Positions 1-8,571 of a stretch of DNA of 64,000 nucleotides are shown piece by piece. The stretch is from Candidatus Pacearchaeota archaeon (GTDB lineage Archaea; Nanobdellota; Nanobdellia; Pacearchaeales; GW2011-AR1): positions 65,091 through 129,090 of the forward strand of contig JAGLGM010000001.1 in the NCBI GenBank assembly GCA_023144035.1, read 5' to 3'. The translations under genes and the position numbers were made by a program. Under the pieces are notes generated by a model, which did no database searches, was not told where the DNA came from, and was given only the letters and a program-made list of their open reading frames with translations. How positions within the stretch are numbered: the first letter of the stretch is position 1; every line of letters starts with the position of its first letter.

Positions 1-22
1 AAGTTGTGAAACATCAACCATT

Positions 23-313
23 TTAAGTATAAGCTCCCTTTGATACTTTAGATTTAATTCTTCTTGCCTCAATTTCTGTTTCTCTTAACATTAAAAAATC
101 TCCAACTCTAATAGGGCCTTTAACATTTCTTCTCATTGAACGTCCTTTATCTTTTCCATCTTGAACAAGGCATTTAACTTGAGTTATCTCTCCTCTAAAA
201 CCAGTTCTTCCAATAAGTTCTTCAACTACTGCAGGCACTGTTACACCTATAATTTTATCGCTTCCTTTCGTAGACTGAGATTTCTGTTCTTTTTTTTGTT
301 GTGTTTTAGCCAT
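23..313 (-). CDS. rps28e: 30S ribosomal protein S28e
   Basis: Motifs [15 protein letters not shown] and [17 protein letters not shown]; directly downstream of L7Ae, the conserved archaeal order. Confidence 0.95.
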   Translation of the reverse strand: MAKTQQKKEQKSQSTKGSDKIIGVTVPAVVEELIGRTGFRGEITQVKCLVQDGKDKGRSMRRNVKGPIRVGDFLMLRETEIEARRIKSKVSKGAYT

Positions 314-314
314 T

Positions 315-614
315 TTATTTTGAAACAGTAACGTCTTGTTCCGCTTCTCCTAATTCAATTACTACTATTGAAGACGCTGGTACTGACAATCCTGCTGCAA
401 TTCCTAATTTTTGTTTGCTTTCTACTTCTTGACAAGAAATATTTTTTTCCTTACATAAAACTGGGATATGTTGAACAATTTCTTTTGGATCAACATCAGC
501 AGCATATACAACAAATTTCGCAGTTCCTCTTTCGATTGCTTTAGTAACTTCGTTAGTTCCTTTTTCAATCTTTCCTGTTCTCTTTGCTTTTTCAATTATT
601 TTATATGCATCCAT
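315..614 (-). CDS. rpl7ae: Ribosomal protein L7Ae (K-turn-binding)
   Basis: [30 protein letters not shown] motif; start moved to the ATG at 614 (MDAYK). Confidence 0.95.
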   Translation of the reverse strand: MDAYKIIEKAKRTGKIEKGTNEVTKAIERGTAKFVVYAADVDPKEIVQHIPVLCKEKNISCQEVESKQKLGIAAGLSVPASSIVVIELGEAEQDVTVSK

Positions 615-621
615 TTTTTTT

Positions 622-680
622 ATTATCGAGAACGAATAGAGAAACATTCTTTGTCCTCCCAAAAACGTTCATCGGATAAT
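622..680 (-). promoter_or_regulatory. Structured 5' UTR of rpl7ae with K-turn-like motif
   Basis: mRNA AUUA-UCC-GA-UGAACG...CGUUCUC-GA-UAAU plus inner GGGAGGACA/UGUUUCUC stem; TATA-like TTTATAAA at about 699-706. Confidence 0.65.
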
Positions 681-723
681 TAATTGAGAAAGAATTGGTT
701 TATAAAACTTTCTTTAGATGTTT

Positions 724-963
724 TTATTTATAAACATCTTTTCTATGTCCAAATTTTAAAAGATAAATCACATCATTAGAAAAAGAATAAACTAATCTAA
801 AAGGTTTAATATAAATACTTCTCTCTCCCCTCCTATATTTTAAAGGTTTACCAATTTCTGGATTTTTTATTATTTTAAAAATCTGTTTTTTTAATTTTTT
901 TAAGATAAAAGAATCTAAATTCTTAATTTGTTTTAGAAATAATGGAGAGCGTGTAATTTTCAT
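724..963 (-). CDS. RelE/ParE-family toxin
   Basis: 79 aa, basic, NPEIGKPL..FRLVY..GHRKDVYK pattern; downstream of an AbrB-type gene. Confidence 0.85.
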   Translation of the reverse strand: MKITRSPLFLKQIKNLDSFILKKLKKQIFKIIKNPEIGKPLKYRRGERSIYIKPFRLVYSFSNDVIYLLKFGHRKDVYK

Positions 964-969
964 TATTAT

Positions 970-1221
970 TTACCAATTTTCCATCTCTTTTATAAAATCT
1001 TCTACATCCACAGTAGTACCTTTACCTTTATCAATATCTTTCCAAATTCTTTCTAATTCTTTCATCTCTTTTAATTCTTCATTAGTCAAACCTTTTACAG
1101 GTTTTAAGATGATTAAATCATTTTGTTGAACAACATTAAAAGCAGTTCCTTCTTGAAAATTTTTCCTTAAATTTTCTGGAATAACAATTTGTCCTTTTGT
1201 ACTTAATTTAGTAATCTCCAT
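970..1221 (-). CDS. AbrB/MazE-family antitoxin
   Basis: N-terminal TKLSTKGQIVIP..LR swapped-hairpin motif, acidic C-terminus. Confidence 0.85.
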   Translation of the reverse strand: MEITKLSTKGQIVIPENLRKNFQEGTAFNVVQQNDLIILKPVKGLTNEELKEMKELERIWKDIDKGKGTTVDVEDFIKEMENW

Positions 1222-1226
1222 ATAGA

Positions 1227-1243
1227 AGTAAGAAAATCTTACT
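1227..1243. promoter_or_regulatory. Palindromic operator of AbrB-RelE module
   Basis: AGTAAGA-aaa-TCTTACT between TATA-like box and antitoxin ATG. Confidence 0.6.
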
Positions 1244-1255
1244 ATTTAAATATTT

Positions 1256-2236
1256 CTATTTCCAAGTAACTTCAACATCATCTGTTCTTTGACGAGGAAG
1301 AATATCAATTTTGCTTAAATCACTTTCTTTAATTCCTTTTCTAAACATAATTTCTCCTAAAAAAGCAATCATTGCTGCATTATCTACAAGTAAAGATCTT
1401 TCAGGACAAAAAAACTTTGCTCCTCTTTCTTTACACATAATCTTACACATTTCCTGTAACCGAGAATTACATGCAACTCCTCCTCCTAAAAGTAATTCTT
1501 TTTTTCCTGTATGAGCCAAAGCTCTTTCAGCTGTTTCAACAAGCATAGCAAACACAGTCTCTTGTAATGAATATGCTAAATCATTTAAATTATATTTAGC
1601 TTCAAGTTTTTGTTTTAAATTAGTAAGAATACCAGAAAGTGCAATATCCATTCCTTTAACTTTATAAGGTAATTCAATATAATTTTTCTTACTCTTCAAA
1701 GCTAACTTTTCTATAACTGGTCCTCCTGGAAAACCTATTCCAGCATATCTTGCAAAATTATCAATAAAATTTCCAACTCCAATATCTAAAGTTTCTCCAA
1801 ATACCCTATATTTTCCAGCCTCATAAGCTATTACTTGAGTATTTGCTCCAGAAGCATAAAGCATAACAGCATCTTTAGCCCCAGTCATTTTTCCTATTTC
1901 TAAATGAGCAATACAATGATTAACAGGAACTAATGGTTTGTTTAATTTTTTGCATAACTGTTTCGCTTTTTTCAATCCAATTAAAAGACAAGGTGCGAGT
2001 CCAGGACCAATAGATACTGCTATAAAATCTAAATTCCCTAATTGCACTTTTGTTTTTTCAAGAACTCTTTCCAAAACCTTATCAAAAACATCTTCATGAT
2101 GTTTTGCAGCATCCATAGGTATAATCCCTCCTTCATTAGTTATATAACTATTTTTTTCATTAGCAATTATCTTTCCATTTTTAACAATTCCTATGCCCAA
2201 AGTGTGAGCTGTGCTTTCAATACCTAACCCTATCAT
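1256..2236 (-). CDS. kae1: Kae1/TsaD t6A37 threonylcarbamoyltransferase
   Basis: GIESTAH, HCIAHLE, SGANTQ, GGGVACN, DNAAMIA and QRTDDVEVTW motifs. Confidence 0.96.
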   Translation of the reverse strand: MIGLGIESTAHTLGIGIVKNGKIIANEKNSYITNEGGIIPMDAAKHHEDVFDKVLERVLEKTKVQLGNLDFIAVSIGPGLAPCLLIGLKKAKQLCKKLNKPLVPVNHCIAHLEIGKMTGAKDAVMLYASGANTQVIAYEAGKYRVFGETLDIGVGNFIDNFARYAGIGFPGGPVIEKLALKSKKNYIELPYKVKGMDIALSGILTNLKQKLEAKYNLNDLAYSLQETVFAMLVETAERALAHTGKKELLLGGGVACNSRLQEMCKIMCKERGAKFFCPERSLLVDNAAMIAFLGEIMFRKGIKESDLSKIDILPRQRTDDVEVTWK

Positions 2237-2949
2237 TTTAATTTATTATATACCTCTTTACTTCCAATATCTTCCCATGAACCCTTAAAAACAAATCCAT
2301 AAACATCTTGAAAGCTCATAAAATAAGGAATCAAATATCCTGGGCCTTCTTTTGGTTTATCTGTTTTCATATAGTTTTCAATATTTTTTATTTCTTCTTT
2401 AGAATAAATATACATAGCAGTAGAAATCAAAGTAGATTTTGGATTTTTAGGTTTTTCTAAAAAAGAAACAATTTTATTATTTTCTAATTCAAGTATTCCA
2501 AAATTCTTTGCTTTTTCTAAATTTTTTAAATCATATAAACCAATAACATTTTTATCTTTATTATGAAAAAAATCTACCATTTCTTTTAAGTTAAAATCAA
2601 AAAACAAATCACCTGCAAGAACAAACAAATCATCATTAATTTTCTTTTGCTCAACTGCATACCAAAGATCGCCTATCCCTCCAAGACGAGAACCATTTTC
2701 AAGAGTATGGTCATTTAAAATATCTATTTTTTTCTTAAACTTTCTAGAATTTTTCCACTCTACAAAATTATTATAAAATTTATCATTAGAAACAACATAT
2801 ATCTCATCAATATCATTAATTTCTTCTAGTTTATCGACTATATATTCTAAAAGAGGCTTTCCTTTTATAGGCAATAATGCTTTTGGTTTATTTAATGTTA
2901 AAGGGTAAAGCCTAGTTGCATAACCTGCACACAAAATAACACATTTCAT
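2233..2949 (-). CDS. Sugar-phosphate nucleotidyltransferase (NTP_transferase family)
   Basis: ILCAGYATRLYPLT..PKALLP, FLEKP and W.DIG motifs. Confidence 0.9.
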   Translation of the reverse strand: MKCVILCAGYATRLYPLTLNKPKALLPIKGKPLLEYIVDKLEEINDIDEIYVVSNDKFYNNFVEWKNSRKFKKKIDILNDHTLENGSRLGGIGDLWYAVEQKKINDDLFVLAGDLFFDFNLKEMVDFFHNKDKNVIGLYDLKNLEKAKNFGILELENNKIVSFLEKPKNPKSTLISTAMYIYSKEEIKNIENYMKTDKPKEGPGYLIPYFMSFQDVYGFVFKGSWEDIGSKEVYNKLK

Positions 2950-3032
2950 AGATTAAAATATAATAACTACTATATAAAATTAATTAAGCTAAATAAAAAA
3001 ATAAGATAAAATAAAAAAATAAAAAAATAAAT

Positions 3033-3224
3033 TTATCTCTTTTTTTTCTTTGCAGGCTTTTTCTTAGCTGGTTTCTTCTTAGCAGCAGGTTTCTTTTTAA
3101 CAGCTTTTTTCTTTCTCTTACCGCCTCTAGCCATTTTAGCCTCACAAACATTTCCTGCCCCATCAATATAATAAAGATGTCCAGGTTTTCTTGTTATTAC
3201 TTTTTTAACGACAATTCGTCCCAT
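3033..3224 (-). CDS. Small basic protein with Lys/Ala/Pro-rich tail (candidate nucleoid protein)
   Basis: 63 aa; core GHLYYIDGAGNVCEAKMARGG plus KKKPAAKKKPAKKKPAKKKKR tail; strong AGGAGG SD upstream. Confidence 0.75.
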   Translation of the reverse strand: MGRIVVKKVITRKPGHLYYIDGAGNVCEAKMARGGKRKKKAVKKKPAAKKKPAKKKPAKKKKR

Positions 3225-3280
3225 TTTTATCCCTCCTTTTTAATATAGAACATAAACATCAAAAGTATATTTAAATGTTT

Positions 3281-3616
3281 CTAACTATCGTCGAGAAGTT
3301 CTATTATTTCATTATACCTTTTATTAATAGGAATTTCCACTAACTTGTGATAATGTTTTTTTATCCCTATATTTAATTTAAATGGTTTTACTTTCTTAAT
3401 TCCAAGAACATTATTTTTATTATCAAGCCAAATTGCAATAAAAGGGAAAAATACAAAATAAGAATGTAATTTTAATTTAGTTGGTTTTTTAAATTCAAAT
3501 AATAAAGAATTTGCTTTTTCTCGTCGACAAAACATAAGTCCTATTGCTTCTCCAAAAAAATTAACTTTCTTAACTTTTCCAAGGTCAATTTCCCTACCTT
3601 CTTTTTTAATCTTCAT
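3281..3616 (-). CDS. DUF192-family protein
   Basis: GLMF, LLFEF, LHSYFVFFP..AIWLD and VEIP motifs; start taken at ATG 3616. Confidence 0.75.
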   Translation of the reverse strand: MKIKKEGREIDLGKVKKVNFFGEAIGLMFCRREKANSLLFEFKKPTKLKLHSYFVFFPFIAIWLDNKNNVLGIKKVKPFKLNIGIKKHYHKLVEIPINKRYNEIIELLDDS

Positions 3617-4031
3617 TTTTATTAAAATAAATTTCATATATTTCTTTAGTTGTAAATATTTTTACTATTTTTTGTTTTTTAAAATGTTTATCATTAGACC
3701 AGATAGGACAATTTAAAACAAGCGCTGCAGCAATAAATAAAACATCATCTTTATCTATTTTCCCCATTATCTTATTTGCACGATTATTATATTTCAATAA
3801 AATATCATTTCTTAAAATTGACACATACTTTAATAATTTTCTAATCAAATCCCTTATTTCATTTTGAGATTGCTTGGATTTTTTTGAAATTAATTTCTCA
3901 TATTTTTTTATTTCAATTATTTCTTGTTCTGGAATAAACAAATTAAATGGAGAATTCACAATTAAATATCTTGTTAAACTATCCTTAATTAAAGAAGAAA
4001 TAAAAATATTTGTATCAATTACTAAATTCAT
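3606..4031 (-). CDS. PIN-domain (VapC-like) toxin
   Basis: LVIDTNIFIS, DKDDVLFIAAA and IWSNDKHF acidic active-site motifs. Confidence 0.88.
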   Translation of the reverse strand: MNLVIDTNIFISSLIKDSLTRYLIVNSPFNLFIPEQEIIEIKKYEKLISKKSKQSQNEIRDLIRKLLKYVSILRNDILLKYNNRANKIMGKIDKDDVLFIAAALVLNCPIWSNDKHFKKQKIVKIFTTKEIYEIYFNKNED

Positions 4032-4245
4032 AAAATTTCTTGGCAGCACTTCTTTTTATTTTTTTACTTATCTCTTCAACATCTTTTTTTGTCAGTTTAT
4101 TTTTTGAAGCAATTTGATTCATTGCCTCAAAATCATTTATTCTTTGTTCAATTGCACGTCGAGCTATTTCACTCCATCTTATTTCTGAAAAAGATTTCAT
4201 TTTTTCATGCAATTCTTTCGGAAGAGACAAAGTCATATTTACCAT
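4015..4245 (-). CDS. Ribbon-helix-helix (VapB-like) antitoxin
   Basis: MVNMTLSLP...EIRWSEIARRAI; overlaps the PIN gene; perfect 16-bp palindrome TATGTGTTAACACATA at 4253-4268 upstream. Confidence 0.8.
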   Translation of the reverse strand: MVNMTLSLPKELHEKMKSFSEIRWSEIARRAIEQRINDFEAMNQIASKNKLTKKDVEEISKKIKRSAAKKFYEFSN

Positions 4246-4374
4246 ACTTACTTATGTGTTAACACATATTTAAATGTTCCTATAAAACTAAAAAATTAAC
4301 TTTCTTAACTTTTCCAAGGTCAATTTCCCTACCTTTTTTTTAATCTTCATTTTTTCTTTATGCGAAGTGTATCT

Positions 4375-4749
4375 TCATGAGCATACTCTCCTTTTATTAT
4401 ATTCTTTAAAATATTTATTTACATTTTTATCAGTAACCCAATTATGATGTTTAAATCCTCCTCCAAAAGATATAGGAATATGCATAAGCTCGTGAATTAT
4501 TGTTTTAAGTTGATCTTCTTTACTAAGTCTTTCAAATCTTTCAGCTAAAAATTCTAGAGCATAAAAAGCCTCTGTCCCCATTGCTTTTTGCATAAGCTTT
4601 CCTAAAGCATGACATCTTGCAATTGTTCTTTTAGAAGAAGTTCCATAACTTCTAAAACACATAACTCTATTCATTCTAATATGTGGAAATAACATTATAG
4701 ATATTTCTTCAGCTATTATTTGTAAGTCTTGTGCAAATTCATACTTCAT
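4375..4749 (-). CDS. Putative zinc metallopeptidase
   Basis: TIIHELMHIP HExxH motif followed by GGFKHH. Confidence 0.75.
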   Translation of the reverse strand: MKYEFAQDLQIIAEEISIMLFPHIRMNRVMCFRSYGTSSKRTIARCHALGKLMQKAMGTEAFYALEFLAERFERLSKEDQLKTIIHELMHIPISFGGGFKHHNWVTDKNVNKYFKEYNKRRVCS

Positions 4750-4787
4750 TTCAAAAAGAAATCATAACCCTTTATATATTTATCAAC

Positions 4788-4997
4788 TCAAAAAAGTTCA
4801 ATAACTTTATTCCTCGACGTTAAACCAGATTTTATAATCACTTTTCTTTTAAAATATTTACCCAATATTTTTATTAATTTTTCATTAACCTTATTATCAA
4901 TTGGTTTTTCCTTTAACCACACTTCATATATTTTATTATCTTTCTTTTCAATCTTTTCCTGAGAAGAATTAGGATGAAGTTTAATTTTTATTTTCAT
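4788..4997 (-). CDS. DUF167/YggU-family protein
   Basis: K.HPNSSQEKI...P.DNKVNE.LI..L and GLTSRNK motifs. Confidence 0.85.
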   Translation of the reverse strand: MKIKIKLHPNSSQEKIEKKDNKIYEVWLKEKPIDNKVNEKLIKILGKYFKRKVIIKSGLTSRNKVIELF

Positions 4998-5017
4998 TTT
5001 TTAGATTAATTCAATAT

Positions 5018-5246
5018 TCAAATAGGGCAATGAGGTAATTTATTTTTAATTTTTTTCTGCTCTTGCTTAAAATGCTTCCTACATAAAAAAACTCCAACCA
5101 AAATTTTCATGTTTACCTCCAAGAAGGGAAGGATATACCTCCTTGTAAGCTTTATTCTTACATTTACCCCTATAATCACATAAATAAACTCTCTTACCAT
5201 TAATTATTTTCGTGAAAGGTGTTAATCTTTTATTTTCTATCTTCAT
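5018..5246 (-). pseudogene. Frameshifted small Zn-finger-like protein
   Basis: ATG at 5246 reads MKIENK...YLCDYRGKCKNKAYKEVYP...GWS; removing one T from the T7 run (5085-5091) joins it to FLCRKHFKQEQ...CPI*. Confidence 0.55.
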
Positions 5247-5258
5247 TTTTAAAATATT

Positions 5259-5591
5259 TTAAAACATCCTACCAATTTCTTTTTTGACATCTCTCAGAAC
5301 TTTATTATTGATTATTCCAATTTTCATCTTAATTAAATTTTTTTCAACAGAAAATATTTTGTCAACACGAATTCTACTTGGCCTAATTAATTTTCCTAAG
5401 AATAAATCCTTTTGATTTATTAAAATAGAATAAGGCTCATCTTTTATTACAGCAGTTAAAGGAACCATAATACAATCCTCAGATTTTTTATTAAATTTGT
5501 TATTAGATATAATCAATGCTGGCCGAATTTTGTTTTCTTTCAAATTTGAAAAAGGATAAGGTAATAAAACAATCTCTTTTTGATTTGCCAT
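5259..5591 (-). CDS. MazF/PemK-family endoribonuclease toxin
   Basis: IVLLPYPFSNL...K.RPALIISN and S.IRVDKIFS motifs. Confidence 0.9.
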   Translation of the reverse strand: MANQKEIVLLPYPFSNLKENKIRPALIISNNKFNKKSEDCIMVPLTAVIKDEPYSILINQKDLFLGKLIRPSRIRVDKIFSVEKNLIKMKIGIINNKVLRDVKKEIGRMF

Positions 5592-5842
5592 TATTTAAGA
5601 TATTCTCCCCACACATTATCTTCTTTATTATCCCAAATTTCTTTCAAAGATTTTTCACTAAATTTTAAGATGTCATTAAAATCTTCAATTAGTTTTTTTT
5701 CCACTTTTTGTTGTTTTTCAATTAGCAACTTTCCTCCTATATCAAACAAAACCAAATCATCTCCTTTTGTAATTCCTAATTTCTCTCTAAAGCTTTGAGG
5801 AATAGCAATTTGTCCTTTGTCTGACACTTTTATTATTTTCAT
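5591..5842 (-). CDS. AbrB/MazE-family antitoxin
   Basis: KVSDKGQIAIP..FREKLGI..GD; C-terminal WDNKEDNVW. Confidence 0.88.
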   Translation of the reverse strand: MKIIKVSDKGQIAIPQSFREKLGITKGDDLVLFDIGGKLLIEKQQKVEKKLIEDFNDILKFSEKSLKEIWDNKEDNVWGEYLK

Positions 5843-5846
5843 ATAA

Positions 5847-5866
5847 AAGTAAGAATTTTCTTACTT
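5847..5866. promoter_or_regulatory. Palindromic operator of AbrB-MazF module
   Basis: AAGTAAGAA-tt-TTCTTACTT just upstream of the antitoxin ATG. Confidence 0.6.
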
Positions 5867-5883
5867 ATAAATTATTCTGTGAA

Positions 5884-7062
5884 CTACCTCGTTACAATCT
5901 CCAAAGCATCTCGATGTTTTAATTCATAGGCCTTACCTAAGGCCTTTTTTGTTCTTGCATCAATTGCTTTAATAAAATTCTTTCCAAAATCAGTGTGTAA
6001 ATGAAATGCAAAATCTAAAGCAGTTGATCCTTTAGGTAATAAAAAACAATCAGGTAAGATATTTCCTTTACTATCTGCAAGTTTATTTGCCGAAGCTGGA
6101 AAAATTGCAACATATTTTAATAAATTAAAAATAGCCATATTCAAAACTTCTTGAACTCCTGTTCCATCATATTCTTTTAAAACTTTTTTAATATCTTCTA
6201 AAGCTAATTTTTGTTTTTCATTAATTTCTCCTTTAATTTTAAAATCAGAATCTCCTGGAATATATTCAATTAATTCTGCTTTTGCTGCTTCTCTTAAAGC
6301 TAATTCAGAATCAGCTGAACAAGGTACAACCATTAAATCTGGAAATTCTTTAATTAGCTTTTCAAAATTCTCTTTCCCATTTTTAGTATCAACTTTATTT
6401 GCTGCAATAATCATCGGCTTACTTTTTTTTCTCAAAGCAGTTGCAAATTCTTTTAATTGTTCTTCTGTCCAAATACTTGGTTTTTTAGAAAAATCTAATT
6501 TTAATAAAACATCTTTAACATCATCTTCTTTAACTTTTAAACCAGAAAATTGATGAGCCACAGCCTCTGAAAATTTCATATCTTCTATCTCTGCCTTTCT
6601 TGCAAAACTTTTCCAAACTTTCATTAAAATATTATAAAACCATTTATTTAATTCATCTTCAAGAAATTCAACATCTTTACAAACATCGTGATTTTCAGTA
6701 GGTTTTCCTTCTACATCTAAATTTCCAGAAGTATCAACAATATGAATAAAAACATCTGCTTTTCTTAAATCATCTAAAAATTGATTTCCTAATCCTTTTC
6801 CTTCACTTGCTCCAGGAACCAACCCTGCAACATCCATTAATTCAACAGGTACAAACCTATTATGATTAATACAAAAACCATGACTTGGATTACAATTTGT
6901 ATTAAATTCTTTATCAATACATTCAATTCTAACATAACCTACTCCATGATTTGCTTTTATTGTTGTAAAAGGGTAAGAAGCTATTTCAACCTCTGCTAAA
7001 GTCGCAGCTTTAAAAAAAGTGCTTTTTCCTACAGAAGGCTTACCCACCAAGGCTAACATCAT
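5884..7062 (-). CDS. ychF: Archaeal YchF/Obg-family NTPase with C-terminal TGS domain
   Basis: GKPSVGKST, YPFTTI, DVAGLVPGA..G.GLGNQFL and ANKVD motifs; TGS-like tail. Confidence 0.9.
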   Translation of the reverse strand: MMLALVGKPSVGKSTFFKAATLAEVEIASYPFTTIKANHGVGYVRIECIDKEFNTNCNPSHGFCINHNRFVPVELMDVAGLVPGASEGKGLGNQFLDDLRKADVFIHIVDTSGNLDVEGKPTENHDVCKDVEFLEDELNKWFYNILMKVWKSFARKAEIEDMKFSEAVAHQFSGLKVKEDDVKDVLLKLDFSKKPSIWTEEQLKEFATALRKKSKPMIIAANKVDTKNGKENFEKLIKEFPDLMVVPCSADSELALREAAKAELIEYIPGDSDFKIKGEINEKQKLALEDIKKVLKEYDGTGVQEVLNMAIFNLLKYVAIFPASANKLADSKGNILPDCFLLPKGSTALDFAFHLHTDFGKNFIKAIDARTKKALGKAYELKHRDALEIVTR

Positions 7063-7096
7063 TTTGAATAATATATCCAATTTGGATTATCTTTAC

Positions 7097-8143
7097 TTAG
7101 TTACCTTGTTGTTGTTTCTTTTTATCTCTTTCTCTTTTAATTAAGAATATAATCAGCAGTATTAATATAATTATTATTAATATTATTAAGAAAAAGATTA
7201 TCTTTCCAAAAATACTAATAGGTGTTCTTTCTGTAACTTCAAAATGAGCACTTGAAGGTGCAACCCCATTAGGATAAATTAATTCCAACCCTACAATATA
7301 TGTGCCTAAAGGAAGAGCTCCTGTTGCAAAATTTCTTTTAAACTCAATTTTTTCGTCAATTAATAAAGTCTCTGATTTTGTTAAATAAGTTTTACCTTGA
7401 TAATCTTTAATAACATAATTTAAGGTTACATCCATTCTTTCTTTTTCACCCATTGGAATTAATGTAACTTGTGTCCTTAATTTATCTCCTTGTTCAACTA
7501 AATAATTTTCATTTAAAACTATAATATTTGAATCAAATAATAATAACTTTGTCCTTACATTTAAAGAAACAGGAATTGAAATTCCCCCTACTATTAATCT
7601 ACCAGTATATATTCCTGTTTTACTTGTTCCTACAAATGTAATTGTTATTTTCTTTACTTCTCCTGCATTTAAAGTTAATTCTGTTACAGGAAGAATTACA
7701 TTCATATCTAAATCTTGTTGGCTAATACTTATTGTTGCAAATTCTGATCCTGCATTTGTAATTGTAAGGGTTCTATCAATATTTGTATTTATAGCAAGAT
7801 TAACATTAAAAGAAGTTGGATCTACTGTTATTAAAGCTCCTCCACTTCCTCCACCACCTCCTTGATCATCATCGTCATCATCATCTTCTATTTGACAAGT
7901 TGATGAACATCCATCACCATTATCTGTATTACCATCATCACATTCTTCATCTCCTTGAACATCTCCATCACCACAAACAGGAGTTATAGTTATAGTTGGA
8001 ATTCCTGAGAAAAAACCCTCTATTTGTTCATGAGGATTAATTATTAATTCATCATCTCCTCCAGAATTTAAAGAAATAACATCTGCATTAATAAAAGAAA
8101 TAAAAAATATAAAAAATAACACAATAATTATTAATTTCTTCAT
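7097..8143 (-). CDS. Membrane-anchored surface protein with Cys-rich repeat and Ig-like domains
   Basis: Signal peptide; CGDG...EECDDGN..NGDGCSSTC (Myxococcus Cys-rich/DUF4215-like); C-terminal TM helix plus basic tail. Confidence 0.8.
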   Translation of the reverse strand: MKKLIIIVLFFIFFISFINADVISLNSGGDDELIINPHEQIEGFFSGIPTITITPVCGDGDVQGDEECDDGNTDNGDGCSSTCQIEDDDDDDDQGGGGGSGGALITVDPTSFNVNLAINTNIDRTLTITNAGSEFATISISQQDLDMNVILPVTELTLNAGEVKKITITFVGTSKTGIYTGRLIVGGISIPVSLNVRTKLLLFDSNIIVLNENYLVEQGDKLRTQVTLIPMGEKERMDVTLNYVIKDYQGKTYLTKSETLLIDEKIEFKRNFATGALPLGTYIVGLELIYPNGVAPSSAHFEVTERTPISIFGKIIFFLIILIIIILILLIIFLIKRERDKKKQQQGN

Positions 8144-8571
8144 TTTATTTGTTCCTTTATTCTCTTTAAAAAAATAAAAACTTTCATTGAATAATCACTA
8201 TCTAAAATTTTTCCATAATAAGTTACAGAATTCCTAAGATATCTAAGTTCATTCAAAAAAGAGGTCTCTGCATCAGAAAAACCTAATTCCATGAAATAAG
8301 AAATCTCTGCTTCATGAGAATAACTTCCAGAAGAATAATAACCTCTCATTAACATTTTTGATTTTATCCTTTCCATTATAATATCATAACAGTCTTTTAT
8401 AATGGAATTAGCATTTTTATTATTTATCCCAATTATTTTAATTCTTTCAACTAATCCCTCAAAAGAAATCTCTGATTCCTTTAATAAAAATTCTGCCCGA
8501 GATTTATCAGGAGATATTTTTCTTACTATATTTTTCTCCAAATAATAACTAAATTCTCTCGGCAACTTCAT
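8140..8571 (-). CDS. HEPN-domain protein
   Basis: SHEAEI and LR.LRNSVTYYG (degenerate RxxxxH); coupled to an MNT gene. Confidence 0.7.
   Translation of the reverse strand: MKLPREFSYYLEKNIVRKISPDKSRAEFLLKESEISFEGLVERIKIIGINNKNANSIIKDCYDIIMERIKSKMLMRGYYSSGSYSHEAEISYFMELGFSDAETSFLNELRYLRNSVTYYGKILDSDYSMKVFIFLKRIKEQIK

Larger units (their letters stand above)
3555..4354. repeat. 66/65-bp direct repeat (3555-3620 and 4290-4354) bracketing the RHH-PIN TA module
   Basis: Copies identical except for a 1-nt deletion; the sequence is the 5' end of the DUF192 gene. Confidence 0.92.

Noticed and set aside
615-662. N-terminal extension of L7Ae given by the ORF track
   Set aside because: Non-ATG start running through the structured 5' UTR; homology begins at ATG 614.
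2984-3166. 60-aa alternate-frame ORF
   Set aside because: Overlaps the better supported 3033-3224 gene, which has a strong SD.
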